From NCBI GenBank assembly GCA_028351715.1, contig JAOMKM010000005.1, forward strand, positions 1,283 to 65,282: a stretch of DNA of 64,000 bases. Reading direction: 5' to 3'. Origin of the DNA: Methylophilaceae bacterium. GTDB taxonomy: Bacteria > Pseudomonadota > Gammaproteobacteria > Burkholderiales > Methylophilaceae. A program made the translations under genes and the position numbers. The stretch's first letter is position 1, and every line of letters begins with the position of its first letter. The notes under the pieces were generated by a model. The model searched no databases and was not told the origin of the DNA. It saw only the letters and a program-made list of their open reading frames with translations. This document shows positions 10,515-22,076 of this stretch, in pieces.

Positions 10515-11048
10515 ATGATTTTATTATTTAATAAACCTTATGGTGTAATTAGTCAGTTTACTCCACACGATGAATACGAGTCATTAAGTCGCTATATCCC
10601 ATTTAAAAATATATACCCTATTGGTCGACTTGATTCTGATAGCGAGGGATTACTTATTTTAACTGACAATGGCCGTTTACAGAACAAATTATCTAAACCA
10701 GAAAATAATATTTATAAAACATATTGGGCGCAAGTTGAAAATATTCCAAACGATGAAGGGTTAAATATGCTTAGGCAGGGGGTAAGAATAAAAAATTATG
10801 TTACTAAGCCTGCTAAAATTCAACTAATTAAAGTCCCAAATATTTGGGAGAGATCAACCCCAATAAGGGAGAGAAGGAAAATTCCCACGTGCTGGATAGA
10901 ATTAAAAATAACTGAAGGAAAAAACAGGCAGGTAAGAAAAATGACTGCTGCCATTTCCAATCCAACTTTGCGTCTTGTTAGAGTTGCTATTGGTGACTAT
11001 AAACTTGATAAATTAATGCCAGGTGAATATGCAGTTATCGAATCCTAG
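10515..11048 (+). CDS. rluE: rRNA pseudouridine synthase, RluE-like
   Basis: NKPYGV, GRLDSDSEGLL, EGKNRQVRKMTAA, PTLRLVR; divergent from icd. Confidence 0.8.
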   Translation: MILLFNKPYGVISQFTPHDEYESLSRYIPFKNIYPIGRLDSDSEGLLILTDNGRLQNKLSKPENNIYKTYWAQVENIPNDEGLNMLRQGVRIKNYVTKPAKIQLIKVPNIWERSTPIRERRKIPTCWIELKITEGKNRQVRKMTAAISNPTLRLVRVAIGDYKLDKLMPGEYAVIES

Positions 11049-11068
11049 AATATTTTAATGCTTCTGAG

Positions 11069-11077
11069 TGATATAAT
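11069..11077 (+). promoter_or_regulatory. Extended -10 element upstream of aroC
   Basis: TGATATAAT matches TGnTATAAT, about 27 nt before the aroC ATG. Confidence 0.5.
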
Positions 11078-11104
11078 TTAGATTGATTAAATTTTAAGGT
11101 AATT

Positions 11105-12193
11105 ATGTCTGGAAATACATTCGGGAAATTATTTACCCTAAGCTCATTTGGCGAGTCCCATGGTGCAGCAATAGGCGGCACTGTTGATGGCTGCCCACCA
11201 GGAATGGATTTAAATGAGGCTGACATGCAGATTGATTTAGATAGACGAAAGCCTGGTACATCAAAATTTGTTACTCAAAGAAAAGAAGACGATGAGGTAG
11301 AAATTCTTTCTGGGGTGTTTGAAGGTAAAACCACTGGGGCACCAATCGGATTTATTATACGGAATAAAGATCAAAGAAGTAAAGACTACTCTAAAATTCA
11401 GGATACCTTTAGACCAGGACACGCTGACTTTACTTACCATCATAAATATGGAATTAGAGATTATCGTGGGGGTGGACGATCAAGCGCGAGAGAGACTGCT
11501 ATTAGAGTGGCCGCTGGAGCAATTGCAAAAAAATGGATGAAGGAAAACTTTAATATTAATATTAGGGCATGCCTATCTCAACTTGGAGAGATTGAAATCC
11601 CTATTAAGGATTGGAATACTGTGAATAAAAATCCTTTTTTTTCCGCAGATAGTTCAGTCTTAGACTCCCTGGAAACATATTTAGAAGAAATTCGCTCAGA
11701 TAGGAATTCAGTTGGGGCAAAAATATTTGTTCAAGCTGAGAATGTTCCTATTGGTCTCGGAGAGCCTATTTTTGGTCGTTTAGATGCAGAAATAGCATCT
11801 GCTATGATGAGTATTAATGCGACTAAAGGTGTAGAAATTGGTGCTGGATTTCAAAGTATCACTCAAAAAGGTACAGAGCATAGTGATGAAATTAATGCTG
11901 GTGGATTTAAAAGTAATAATGCAGGAGGGATCCTAGGCGGGATATCTACCGGTCAAAATATAGAGGTTAACGTGGCATTTAAACCTACCTCGAGTATTCC
12001 TCAAAATCGAGATTCTATAGATAAAATGGGTAATCCCGTTGAGATGAAAACAACTGGAAGGCATGACCCATGCGTTGCAATTCGAGCCGTTCCTATAGTG
12101 GAAGCAATGATGGCATTAGTCTTAATGGATCAAGTATTGAGAGATAGGGCTCAAAATATGGATGTTAAAAGAATTAACCCTTTTAAATTGTGA
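11105..12193 (+). CDS. aroC: Chorismate synthase
   Basis: [28 protein letters not shown]. Confidence 0.97.
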   Translation: MSGNTFGKLFTLSSFGESHGAAIGGTVDGCPPGMDLNEADMQIDLDRRKPGTSKFVTQRKEDDEVEILSGVFEGKTTGAPIGFIIRNKDQRSKDYSKIQDTFRPGHADFTYHHKYGIRDYRGGGRSSARETAIRVAAGAIAKKWMKENFNINIRACLSQLGEIEIPIKDWNTVNKNPFFSADSSVLDSLETYLEEIRSDRNSVGAKIFVQAENVPIGLGEPIFGRLDAEIASAMMSINATKGVEIGAGFQSITQKGTEHSDEINAGGFKSNNAGGILGGISTGQNIEVNVAFKPTSSIPQNRDSIDKMGNPVEMKTTGRHDPCVAIRAVPIVEAMMALVLMDQVLRDRAQNMDVKRINPFKL

Positions 12194-13353
12194 CCTCCAC
12201 GCTTCATTGGCGACTTTCTCGCTTCTATTTCTTTTATTATTTTTTTGTAGGTTTATTTACTCCCTATTGGGGCTTATATCTTCAGGACTTAAAATTTAAT
12301 GCTGTAGAAATTGGGATTTTATTATCTCTCTTTCATTTTAGTAGAATCATTGCACCTAATTTTTGGGGATGGTTGGCAGACTTCACAGGACAAAGAGCAA
12401 GATGGATAAGGCTGTCATCATTTCTTGGTGTGTTGGGATTTTGCGGTGTTTTTTGGGCAGATACTTTTTACCTTATGTTCTTTACTATGATGGCTATGAG
12501 TATATTTACAAGCTCTACACTACCTCTAGCAGAGTCACTAACGCTATCTCATTTATCGACAAGTAAGGAAAATAATACCTATAGTCGAATTAGGCTTTGG
12601 GGCTCTGTTGGCTTTATTGTAGCTGCATTTTTTTTGGGTTACCTTATTGATTTATTCAGCATAAAAACATTAGTATGGGCACTTCTATTAGCTCAATTAA
12701 CAATATTTATTTTAACTTTTTATATTCCTGAAAAAAAAGAACAGGTTATATACCCGTTCAAGCGATCAATTTTAAAGGTAATAAAAAATCGAGAAGTGAT
12801 TGCAATGTTGCTTGGGTCTGGATTGATGGTTTCTTCACATGGACTTTTATATAACTTTTATTCAATATTCTTAACAGATAATAGTTATTCAAGTTTTGCT
12901 ATTGGAGCACTATGGTCAATCGGAGTTATTTCAGAAATTTTTATATTTTTATTGATGCCAAAAATTCTTAAAAAAATAAATTTAAAAAAAATTCTACTAA
13001 TAAGTCTAGCTTTAGCTATTTTGAGATTTTTTCTTATCGGAAATTTTGTTAACAACATTTATATTATTATAATTGCTCAGGTTCTTCATGCTGCAACATT
13101 TGGAAGTTTTCACGTTGCATCAATTCAAATTATTGAGTACTTCTTCAATAGAGATCATCATGCAAGGGGCCAATCAATATATAACAGCATTACATATGGG
13201 GTGGGTGGAGCTATAGGGGGTCTGGGAGGTGGCTTAATGATTAATGCTTATGGTGCAAGCCTTACATTTATGCTTTCTGCACTTTTACCACTACTAGGCT
13301 TTATTGTAATTTATCTTGGATTAAAAAATTACCCAAACACAATAACTCCTTAA
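12190..13353 (+). CDS. MFS transporter (HcaT/MalA-like)
   Basis: About 12 hydrophobic segments, [24 protein letters not shown]; follows aroC. Confidence 0.85.
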   Translation: MTSTLHWRLSRFYFFYYFFVGLFTPYWGLYLQDLKFNAVEIGILLSLFHFSRIIAPNFWGWLADFTGQRARWIRLSSFLGVLGFCGVFWADTFYLMFFTMMAMSIFTSSTLPLAESLTLSHLSTSKENNTYSRIRLWGSVGFIVAAFFLGYLIDLFSIKTLVWALLLAQLTIFILTFYIPEKKEQVIYPFKRSILKVIKNREVIAMLLGSGLMVSSHGLLYNFYSIFLTDNSYSSFAIGALWSIGVISEIFIFLLMPKILKKINLKKILLISLALAILRFFLIGNFVNNIYIIIIAQVLHAATFGSFHVASIQIIEYFFNRDHHARGQSIYNSITYGVGGAIGGLGGGLMINAYGASLTFMLSALLPLLGFIVIYLGLKNYPNTITP

Positions 13354-14151
13354 TTAATTAGTACCCTTGATTAGCGCGTAAGCTGAATGATTATGAATAG
13401 ATTCAAAATTTTCAGACTCCACAACAAAACTATTAATTCTGTCATTATTTTTAAGTTCTGTTGCAATATCCCTAACCATGTCTTCAACAAATTTTGGATT
13501 ATCATATGCTTTCTCAGTCACATATTTTTCATCAGGTCTTTTAAGTAATCCAAATAACTCGCTAGATGACTGATTTTCTATAGTTTCGATAATATCTTCA
13601 ACCCATACAAAATCATTAGTCTGGATAGTAACTGTTACATGAGATCTTTGATTATGTGCTCCATATTCTGAGATTTTTTTTGAGCAAGGACATAAGCTAG
13701 TAACTGGAACGAGTACCTTTGTTGTATTAATAAACTTACCATCAATAATCTGGCCAATAAAACTAACTTCATAGTCTAATAAGCTTTTTACCCCAGAGAT
13801 AGGCGCAGCTTTATTTATAAAATATGGAAACGTCATTTCTAGATCACAAGATTTTGATTCTAGACGTTTAAGCATCTCTCTGAGAATTTTTTCAAATGAC
13901 TCAACAGAAATAGCTTTTTGGTGCTCGTTTAGAATTTCGACAAATCGGGACATATGCGTCCCCTTAAAGTTATGAGGTAAGTGAACATACATATTAAAAT
14001 TTGCAATTGTATGCTGATCACCCCCAGATCTGTCTTTTACAATAACCGGGTGCTTTATTGATTTGATACCAACTTGATCTATATCAAGATGTCTTTTATC
14101 TTCAGAACCTTGAACATCTTCAATAAGTTTTGGTGTAGTGGGGCTGTTCAT
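13354..14151 (-). CDS. folE2: GTP cyclohydrolase IB
   Basis: [39 protein letters not shown]. Start placed at ATG 14151 (ORF track starts 14211). Confidence 0.95.
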   Translation of the reverse strand: MNSPTTPKLIEDVQGSEDKRHLDIDQVGIKSIKHPVIVKDRSGGDQHTIANFNMYVHLPHNFKGTHMSRFVEILNEHQKAISVESFEKILREMLKRLESKSCDLEMTFPYFINKAAPISGVKSLLDYEVSFIGQIIDGKFINTTKVLVPVTSLCPCSKKISEYGAHNQRSHVTVTIQTNDFVWVEDIIETIENQSSSELFGLLKRPDEKYVTEKAYDNPKFVEDMVRDIATELKNNDRINSFVVESENFESIHNHSAYALIKGTN

Positions 14152-14188
14152 AATTTTAATTTTACCCTTTTTTAAAAATTTGATTTTA

Positions 14189-16027
14189 TCATCTGTCAAT
14201 ATGATTAACAATTTTACTTAAAATGCTATTCTTATCTAAACCACAAAGCCTATGAACTTCTTCCTGAGTCCCATGCTCTAAAAATTTATCAGGAATACCT
14301 AAACAAAGAGTCTTACAATTTATTTGTTGCCGGCTTAATACTTCAAGGACAGCTGATCCAGCGCCACCTTCTACCGTATTGTCTTCAACAATAACTAAAA
14401 GCTTATTCGATAGAGCATTTTTTACGATAATAGTTTCATCAATAGGCTTAATAAAACGCATGTCAATTAGACCTGTATTCAATTCCTCTGCCACAGCTTT
14501 GCATGTCTCTAGAAGGGGGCCAAAACATAAGATTGCAATATCCTTCCCTTTTCGAATTTCCTTCCCTTTTCCTAATAATATTTTATTTTTCTTTGAAACT
14601 AATTGTCCCGAACCATAACCTCGAGGATATCGTACTGCACAAATACCCTCATATTCATAGCCTAATGTAAGCATATGGTGACATTCATTTTCATTAGATG
14701 GTGTCATTATAATAATATTAGGAATGCATCTTAAGAAGGAAATATCAAAGTTCCCTGAATGAGTTGCCCCATCTGCACCAACTACTCCAGCGCGATCTAC
14801 TGCAAACAACATTGGTATATTTTGAATGGCAATATCATGAATAAGTTGATCGTATGCTCGTTGCATAAATGTAGAATAAATGGCAACAACAGGTTTGAAT
14901 CCACTAAGGGAAAGGCCAGCTGCGAATGTTAGTGCATGTTGTTCCGCAATACCAACATCATAGAATCGATCAGGATATTTCTCAGAAAATTTTGTTAAAC
15001 CAGAGCCATCTGACATGGCTGGTGTAATAGCGCATAATTTTTTATTTTTTTTTGCCTGACTCATAATCCAGTCTGAAAAAATTTCAGTAAATGTTTTCTG
15101 GGAATTTATTTTTTCAGTACTTCCATTATTGGCGTTAAATTTACTAACACCATGATACATATTTGGATTATCTTCAGCCGGTTTATAGCCATAACCTTTC
15201 TTTGTTGCTACATGAAGAAATTGCGGTCCTTTGAGAGACTTAATATTAGAAAGTGTATCAATTAATGCATCAATATCATGACCATCAATTGGCCCTATAT
15301 AATTGAAGCCAAACTCTTCAAATAAGGTTCCTGGAATAACCATTCCTTTAATGTGCTCCTCTGTTTTTCTTGCTAACTCAAGAATGGGGGTAGCTTTTGA
15401 TAGAAGTGCTTTACCGGTTGACTTAAATCCCCCGTAAATTTTCCCTGATAATAGCTTTGCTAAATAATTATTTAGAGCCCCAACATTTTTTGAGATAGAC
15501 ATATCGTTATCATTTAAGATAACAAGCAAATCATTCTCAGAGTTTCCTGCATTATTTAGTGCTTCAAAAGCCATGCCAGCCGTCATCGCTCCGTCACCAA
15601 TAATTGCAATAGCACGATTTTTAGATTTAGTTTTTTTTAAGCCTTCTGAAATACCAAGAGCTGCAGATATTGAAGTACTCGAATGTCCCGCACCAAATTC
15701 ATCATATGGACTTTCAATTCTATTGGGAAATCCTGACAATCCATTTTTTTTCCTAAGAGTATGCATTTTATTTTTTCTACCCGTTAAAATTTTATGGGTA
15801 TAAGTTTGGTGCCCAACATCCCATATAAGTTTATCTTTCGGCGCATTAAAAACATAATGGAGAGCAATAGTAAGCTCAATAACTCCTAAATTAGATGAGA
15901 GGTGTCCCCCAGTTTCTGAGACACTATCAATAATAAATTCTCTAATTTCTTTGGCTAGAGTTTTTAACTCTATTCGAGAAAGCTTTTTAATATCCGATGG
16001 ATAATTTATGTCATCAATAATACTCAT
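14189..16027 (-). CDS. dxs: 1-deoxy-D-xylulose-5-phosphate synthase
   Basis: [52 protein letters not shown]. Confidence 0.97.
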   Translation of the reverse strand: MSIIDDINYPSDIKKLSRIELKTLAKEIREFIIDSVSETGGHLSSNLGVIELTIALHYVFNAPKDKLIWDVGHQTYTHKILTGRKNKMHTLRKKNGLSGFPNRIESPYDEFGAGHSSTSISAALGISEGLKKTKSKNRAIAIIGDGAMTAGMAFEALNNAGNSENDLLVILNDNDMSISKNVGALNNYLAKLLSGKIYGGFKSTGKALLSKATPILELARKTEEHIKGMVIPGTLFEEFGFNYIGPIDGHDIDALIDTLSNIKSLKGPQFLHVATKKGYGYKPAEDNPNMYHGVSKFNANNGSTEKINSQKTFTEIFSDWIMSQAKKNKKLCAITPAMSDGSGLTKFSEKYPDRFYDVGIAEQHALTFAAGLSLSGFKPVVAIYSTFMQRAYDQLIHDIAIQNIPMLFAVDRAGVVGADGATHSGNFDISFLRCIPNIIIMTPSNENECHHMLTLGYEYEGICAVRYPRGYGSGQLVSKKNKILLGKGKEIRKGKDIAILCFGPLLETCKAVAEELNTGLIDMRFIKPIDETIIVKNALSNKLLVIVEDNTVEGGAGSAVLEVLSRQQINCKTLCLGIPDKFLEHGTQEEVHRLCGLDKNSILSKIVNHIDR

Positions 16028-16918
16028 CTAATACGTCCTAGTGTATATGTAGTTAATTAGGACCATAATATTAGTTGTATTACCTGGAAGATCTTTAACA
16101 ATTTTTTTTAGCTCAATGAAATATAAGCTATTCTTTTCTTTTGATTTATTAAGGCCTAAAAGTGAAACATATGTTGCTTTATTATCTTTTTTATCTTTTC
16201 CTGCAGTTTTACCTAGAATAGATGAATTTGTTTCGCAATCTAAAATATCATCTGTGATTTGATAAATTTTACCAATTAATATTCCAATATTTTTTATTAA
16301 TTCCTTGGTTTTTATATCTAAATTTTTTACTGTTAGATAAGTGACTTCACAAGCAGCTTGAATCAACAAACCTGTTTTCAATTCTTGAAGTTTCTCTAAA
16401 TGATCTATATCTAGCCCATCATTTTTTGACTCAATATCTTGAGATTGACCTAATACCATGCCATTTATCCCAATTGCATTTGAGAGAATATTTATCATAG
16501 TTATTTTCTTCGCACTATCTATATCCAATTGGGGAGATGAAAGTAATTCAAATGCAAGTGCCTGTAATGCATCCCCTGCTAATATCGCTTGAGCTTCATT
16601 AAATTTAATGTGGCAAGTTGCTTTACCTCTTCGTAAATTATCATCATCCATAGAAGGGAGATCATCGTGTATTAGAGAATAAGCGTGAATTAATTCAAAA
16701 GAACTTGCTAGCTGGTCTAATACCTTTATATTAGTGCCAGCAATTTCCCCAACCGCATAAACTAGAAGTGCTCGAATTCGCTTACCACCATTTAACACAC
16801 TATAACTAGATGCATTATGAAGTGTTGTTTTATTTTTTCGTGAATCGAAGAGCTCTACCAAAATTCTATTTATTCTACTTTGATGAAATCCGATCCAATT
16901 ATTGGAATTATTACTCAT
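16028..16918 (-). CDS. ispA: Farnesyl diphosphate synthase
   Basis: GGKRIR, IHDDLPSMDDDNLRRG, QITDDILD, LGKTAGKD. Confidence 0.93.
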   Translation of the reverse strand: MSNNSNNWIGFHQSRINRILVELFDSRKNKTTLHNASSYSVLNGGKRIRALLVYAVGEIAGTNIKVLDQLASSFELIHAYSLIHDDLPSMDDDNLRRGKATCHIKFNEAQAILAGDALQALAFELLSSPQLDIDSAKKITMINILSNAIGINGMVLGQSQDIESKNDGLDIDHLEKLQELKTGLLIQAACEVTYLTVKNLDIKTKELIKNIGILIGKIYQITDDILDCETNSSILGKTAGKDKKDNKATYVSLLGLNKSKEKNSLYFIELKKIVKDLPGNTTNIMVLINYIYTRTY

Positions 16919-17132
16919 TTTGGTTTAAATCAATAAGCTCATTATTTGCAGACAGAATTTGAATTTTTTTCTCAATTTTATTTAGAGATTCTTGAGCTTT
17001 TTTAACCAAAGATACACCTTTTTCATATGATTTTAACGAATCTTCAAGATTTAGATTTTCTTCTTCCATCTGAGTGACAATTTTTTCTAGCTGCTCAAGG
17101 GTGGACTCAATATCCATTTTTTTTTCAGTCAT
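16911..17132 (-). CDS. xseB: Exonuclease VII small subunit
   Basis: LEKIVTQME..LEDSLKSYEKG; xseB-ispA-dxs order. Confidence 0.9.
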   Translation of the reverse strand: MTEKKMDIESTLEQLEKIVTQMEEENLNLEDSLKSYEKGVSLVKKAQESLNKIEKKIQILSANNELIDLNQNE

Positions 17133-17763
17133 AATCTATAATACCTAATAAAAATTGTTGAATTTCTAAGAGTTGGCTATCAATAACTTCGTGGCCCATT
17201 TCATAAGTTTTGAAATTAAAATATTCTGGTGAATTATCTTTATAACTCAATCTCGCAGTTTCAATATCAATAATATCATCATGCAAGCCATGCATTGCTA
17301 AAATAGGAATATTTTTTTTAAAGGGATTGCTGCCTATTGTTATCGGTTGATATCCTGATAGTGAAATTATCCCATCAAATTTAATTTTAGATGATTTTCC
17401 TGTAAATATTGCAAGTGCTGCACCTTGTGAAAACCCTACAAGGATAATTTTTATTTTGTTGTTTAATTGTTTAATTCTCTCCGTAATAATTCCTTCTATT
17501 CTTTTCATAGATGAAATAAGTCCAGCATCATCTTGGTAGTTAAAATCAATTGATTTGTGCGTACCTTTGATGTCATACCAACCTCTCATCAAAATACCTT
17601 GGTTCATAGTTATTGGCCTTAAGGGAGCATCAGGCAATATAAATTCAATATCTAATAAATTTAATATTCCAACTACATCCTTAAAGTCAGAGCTATCTGC
17701 GCCAAGACCATGAAGCCATATAACAAGTACCTTAGGATTCTCTTGGCTATTAATGACTAGCAT
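17125..17763 (-). CDS. Carboxylesterase/phospholipase (alpha/beta hydrolase)
   Basis: WLHGLGA, MRGWYDI, GFSQG, HGLHDDII, MGHEV. Confidence 0.9.
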   Translation of the reverse strand: MLVINSQENPKVLVIWLHGLGADSSDFKDVVGILNLLDIEFILPDAPLRPITMNQGILMRGWYDIKGTHKSIDFNYQDDAGLISSMKRIEGIITERIKQLNNKIKIILVGFSQGAALAIFTGKSSKIKFDGIISLSGYQPITIGSNPFKKNIPILAMHGLHDDIIDIETARLSYKDNSPEYFNFKTYEMGHEVIDSQLLEIQQFLLGIIDYD

Positions 17764-17789
17764 AAAAAAAGCGGATTAAATAATCCGCT
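17764..17789 (-). terminator. Intrinsic terminator after the mxaD-like gene
   Basis: Minus strand GCGGATTA-TT-TAATCCGC followed by T7. Confidence 0.75.
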
Positions 17790-17809
17790 CCTTATAAAAT
17801 ACATAAGCA

Positions 17810-18331
17810 TTATTTTGATTCTAAAGTTTTTTTCAGACCGGCTATACCATTATCCACAATCCCTTGAACTGCAGCCTTTGCTGTTGCGTCATCTTGTCCT
17901 TCTGGTATCGGGGGATTAAGCTTGTAAGTACGATAAAATCTTGAAGTCCACTGAATTATTGATTCGTTAGCGTTAGCACCTTTTGTTACTATCATGTACG
18001 AGTTAAAATCAGTGAATGGTACTTTACCTTTTGTTATTTCCCATTTTATTTTCTTTAGGTCTTCGTCAATTGACCTAAATTTTTCTTCAAGCTTATCACC
18101 TGATTCTAGAGTAAGTATTCGGTAAGTATCTTCCCCTCTTTTTTCAATTTTTGTATCTTTTACTGCTGGATGCCACTTATCAATTGCACCAAAGTCTTTA
18201 ACTAGACCCCATGCTTTATCTAGGGAAACATTTACTGTTACCGATTCTTGAACTTTTTGAGGTGTTGGCCCATGAGCGAAAACTGAAATTGAAAATAAAA
18301 TTGCTGTTATGAATAACGTTAACTTCTTCAT
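17810..18331 (-). CDS. mxaD: MxaD-like periplasmic SRPBCC protein (methanol oxidation accessory)
   Basis: Signal peptide ending AHGPTPQKV, WHPAV, and FYRTY..NPP.PEGQDD.TA, which I recognise as MxaD-family features. Confidence 0.75.
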   Translation of the reverse strand: MKKLTLFITAILFSISVFAHGPTPQKVQESVTVNVSLDKAWGLVKDFGAIDKWHPAVKDTKIEKRGEDTYRILTLESGDKLEEKFRSIDEDLKKIKWEITKGKVPFTDFNSYMIVTKGANANESIIQWTSRFYRTYKLNPPIPEGQDDATAKAAVQGIVDNGIAGLKKTLESK

Positions 18332-18405
18332 CTGTAAAAATCCTTTTAATTTTAAATTGATTGAGTGATTTTACTACAAACTACTTTCAATTTCTTTGGA
18401 ATAAG

Positions 18406-19374
18406 CTATTTTGTATAAATAAATTGTCCAAATGCACGACTTTGGAGACCAGTTTTAATTTGTTTTAATGCCTTGAGTGTTTTTATGTCAATTGTTGTGA
18501 TGGAGTCAGAACCCCAGTTACTTACAATTAAATTGCCATGAAGTTTATCAACGCTAATATTTTCTGGCGTCTCCCCCGTATTAATTTTCTTAATTTCTTT
18601 GAATGTATTTAGATCAATGACGCTTATATTATCTCCCTGGGCATTTGTAACATAAGCCTTATCTTTATATGAGATTACGTTATAGGGGCGCAATCCAACC
18701 TTGATTACTTTCTGCTCCCAATTCTTAATATTGATAATGCTAATAGTGTCATCGTACACATTAGCAACGTAAATAAATTCATCGGATGTTGAAATACCAT
18801 ATGGATGACTACCAACCTTAATTTTCTTTTTCAAACTATAATTAGTTGCATTATATATTTCGACTAGATTTGCATCTCGACTTGTTATCACAATAAAGTT
18901 ATATTTTTTATTAAATGCAATTCCAGAAGGAGTTACTCCTACATTGAATGTTTGTGTAACAGAAAAGTCCTTGGTTGATAAAACAAGCACCTGATTTTTA
19001 AACCAGCTGGTAATAAATACTTCTCCTCCTGATGGATTAGGAGCTAGACCTAATGGAGCTGTATCAAGTTTTATTGTTTTTATTACTTCATTTATTTTAA
19101 GATCGATTATCGATAAATTTTGGCTATCTACATTACCAATAATTGCTAGTTCTTTTGAGTCAATAATTGCAATACCAAGCGGACTATCTCCTACATCAAT
19201 TTTCTTATGGACAGTTAGATCATTTAGGTTTACTACTGAGACTGTGTCTTCGCCTTGGTTAGTTATATAGGCAAAGCTCTCTCCCTTAGCGTTTGATAGA
19301 CAAATACTAAATATAGTTATAAGTAAAATCAGTAGAAGAGTTATTAGTATTTTTTTTTGGGAAGTAAAATTCAT
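18406..19374 (-). CDS. YVTN beta-propeller protein (MxaE/YncE-like)
   Basis: Signal peptide, repeated YITN/YVAN/YVTN..DTVSVI blades, C-terminal RAFGQFI; adjacent to mxaD. Confidence 0.75.
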   Translation of the reverse strand: MNFTSQKKILITLLLILLITIFSICLSNAKGESFAYITNQGEDTVSVVNLNDLTVHKKIDVGDSPLGIAIIDSKELAIIGNVDSQNLSIIDLKINEVIKTIKLDTAPLGLAPNPSGGEVFITSWFKNQVLVLSTKDFSVTQTFNVGVTPSGIAFNKKYNFIVITSRDANLVEIYNATNYSLKKKIKVGSHPYGISTSDEFIYVANVYDDTISIINIKNWEQKVIKVGLRPYNVISYKDKAYVTNAQGDNISVIDLNTFKEIKKINTGETPENISVDKLHGNLIVSNWGSDSITTIDIKTLKALKQIKTGLQSRAFGQFIYTK

Positions 19375-19450
19375 AAATGTTTTATATCAAAATAGACTTT
19401 TATATGGAAAAATGTAATTTAAATTGTAATTTTATATAAGGATAGCATCC

Positions 19451-19930
19451 ATGATTGACAATGAGGGATATCGGCCTAATGTTGGTATTATTATTTGTAA
19501 TAATAAGAAGAAGGTACTTTGGGCTAAGAGAGTTAATGAAGATGCCTGGCAATTTCCTCAAGGGGGAATAAACGAAGGAGAGTCACCAAAAGAAGCGATG
19601 TATAGAGAGCTAATGGAGGAGGTTGGTCTAAGCCATGAACATGTAGAAATTATAGCAAGAACTAAAGATTGGCTCCGTTATGATGTCCCCAAGAATTGGA
19701 TAAGGCGAGATTGGCGAGACAACTATAAAGGTCAAAAGCAAATTTGGTTTTTACTAAGATTGGTTAGTGACGATTCAAATATTTTTCTTGAAGGTACAAG
19801 TAAACCTGAATTTGATGCCTGGAAATGGGATGACTTTTGGTCACCTCTTGATCAAATTATTGATTTTAAGAGAGATGTTTATGAGCAGGCTTTAAATGAG
19901 CTCTGGGAGCATTTATCAAAAAATGATTAG
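19451..19930 (+). CDS. rppH: RNA pyrophosphohydrolase
   Basis: [16 protein letters not shown], Nudix box [22 protein letters not shown]. Confidence 0.95.
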   Translation: MIDNEGYRPNVGIIICNNKKKVLWAKRVNEDAWQFPQGGINEGESPKEAMYRELMEEVGLSHEHVEIIARTKDWLRYDVPKNWIRRDWRDNYKGQKQIWFLLRLVSDDSNIFLEGTSKPEFDAWKWDDFWSPLDQIIDFKRDVYEQALNELWEHLSKND

Positions 19931-20568
19931 AGAGTTGCTATTACAGTTTCTGTATTCTTAACTTTTTGACCCAAAATCACTTTAACTGAGGCATTCAAAG
20001 GTAAATATAAGTCTACCCTCGACCCAAAGCGAATGAAGCCATATCGTTCACCTATGTTTACAATGTCCTTTGTTTCCCTGTAGCACAATATTCTTCTAGC
20101 AATTAAGCCAGCAATCTGGACGCACGTAATAATTTTATTATCTTTTGTTTTAATTATGATCGCACATCTTTCATTTTCCAATGAAGCCTTAGATAGAGAT
20201 GCATTTATAAATTCACCTGGAAAGTAAAATTTTCCAATGATTTCTCCAGATATTGGAATTTTATTTGAATGAACATTAAATACGTTCATGAACACGCTGA
20301 CCTTGATAGATTGTCTTTTCTGATAGGGATCAAGAGTCTTTTTAATCTCAATAACTCTGCCATCCGCTGATGAGGTTATAATATTTTTACCATTATTTAC
20401 ATTACGTTTTGGGTCTCTAAAAAATTGAAGCATAAATATAAAAATAGCCCAAAAAATCCAAGATACTGATAATTGATAATAGGAGCTAAGAATAGCTAAT
20501 AAAAGACCAGCCAATAAAAATGGCCAACCTTCTTTAGCGATTAAGGGATAAATTTTATTAGAGTTCAA
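19927..20568 (-). CDS. psd: Phosphatidylserine decarboxylase (short type)
   Basis: [31 protein letters not shown]. Confidence 0.92.
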   Translation of the reverse strand: MNSNKIYPLIAKEGWPFLLAGLLLAILSSYYQLSVSWIFWAIFIFMLQFFRDPKRNVNNGKNIITSSADGRVIEIKKTLDPYQKRQSIKVSVFMNVFNVHSNKIPISGEIIGKFYFPGEFINASLSKASLENERCAIIIKTKDNKIITCVQIAGLIARRILCYRETKDIVNIGERYGFIRFGSRVDLYLPLNASVKVILGQKVKNTETVIATL

Positions 20569-21576
<1,008 letters not shown>

Positions 21577-21584
21577 TTAAAAAA

Positions 21585-22076
21585 TTATATTTTTAATATC
21601 CTATCTCCTCGGCCAATGCCAGAGGCACCGGTTCGGACTGTTTCTATAATTGAATCGTTATCTAAACTGTCTATATAAGCATCAAGCTTGCTTGTAGCAC
21701 CAGTTAATTCAATTGTGAACGTGTTGTCAGATACATCGATTATTCTGCCCCTAAATATATCTGATATTCTTTTCATTTCGTCTCGGTATTGTCCTGATGC
21801 CTTTACTTTAACAAGCATCAATTCTCTCTCAATATATTTACCATCATTTAAGTCAAGGACTCTTACTACGTCTATAAGCTTATTTAGTTGTTTGATAATC
21901 TGCTCAATAACCTCATCTGACCCACTGGTAACGATAGTCATTCTAGAAAGAGTAGAATCTTCAGTAGGGGCAACAGTCAATGATTCAATATTGTATCCTC
22001 TTGCAGAAAAAAGCCCAGAAACTCTTGATAATGCACCGGCTTCATTTTCCATAAGCAGCGAAATAATATGCCTCAT
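21585..22076 (-). CDS. ilvH: Acetolactate synthase small subunit
   Basis: ENEAGALSRVSGLFSARGYNIESL (ACT domain), ERELMLVKV. Confidence 0.95.
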   Translation of the reverse strand: MRHIISLLMENEAGALSRVSGLFSARGYNIESLTVAPTEDSTLSRMTIVTSGSDEVIEQIIKQLNKLIDVVRVLDLNDGKYIERELMLVKVKASGQYRDEMKRISDIFRGRIIDVSDNTFTIELTGATSKLDAYIDSLDNDSIIETVRTGASGIGRGDRILKI

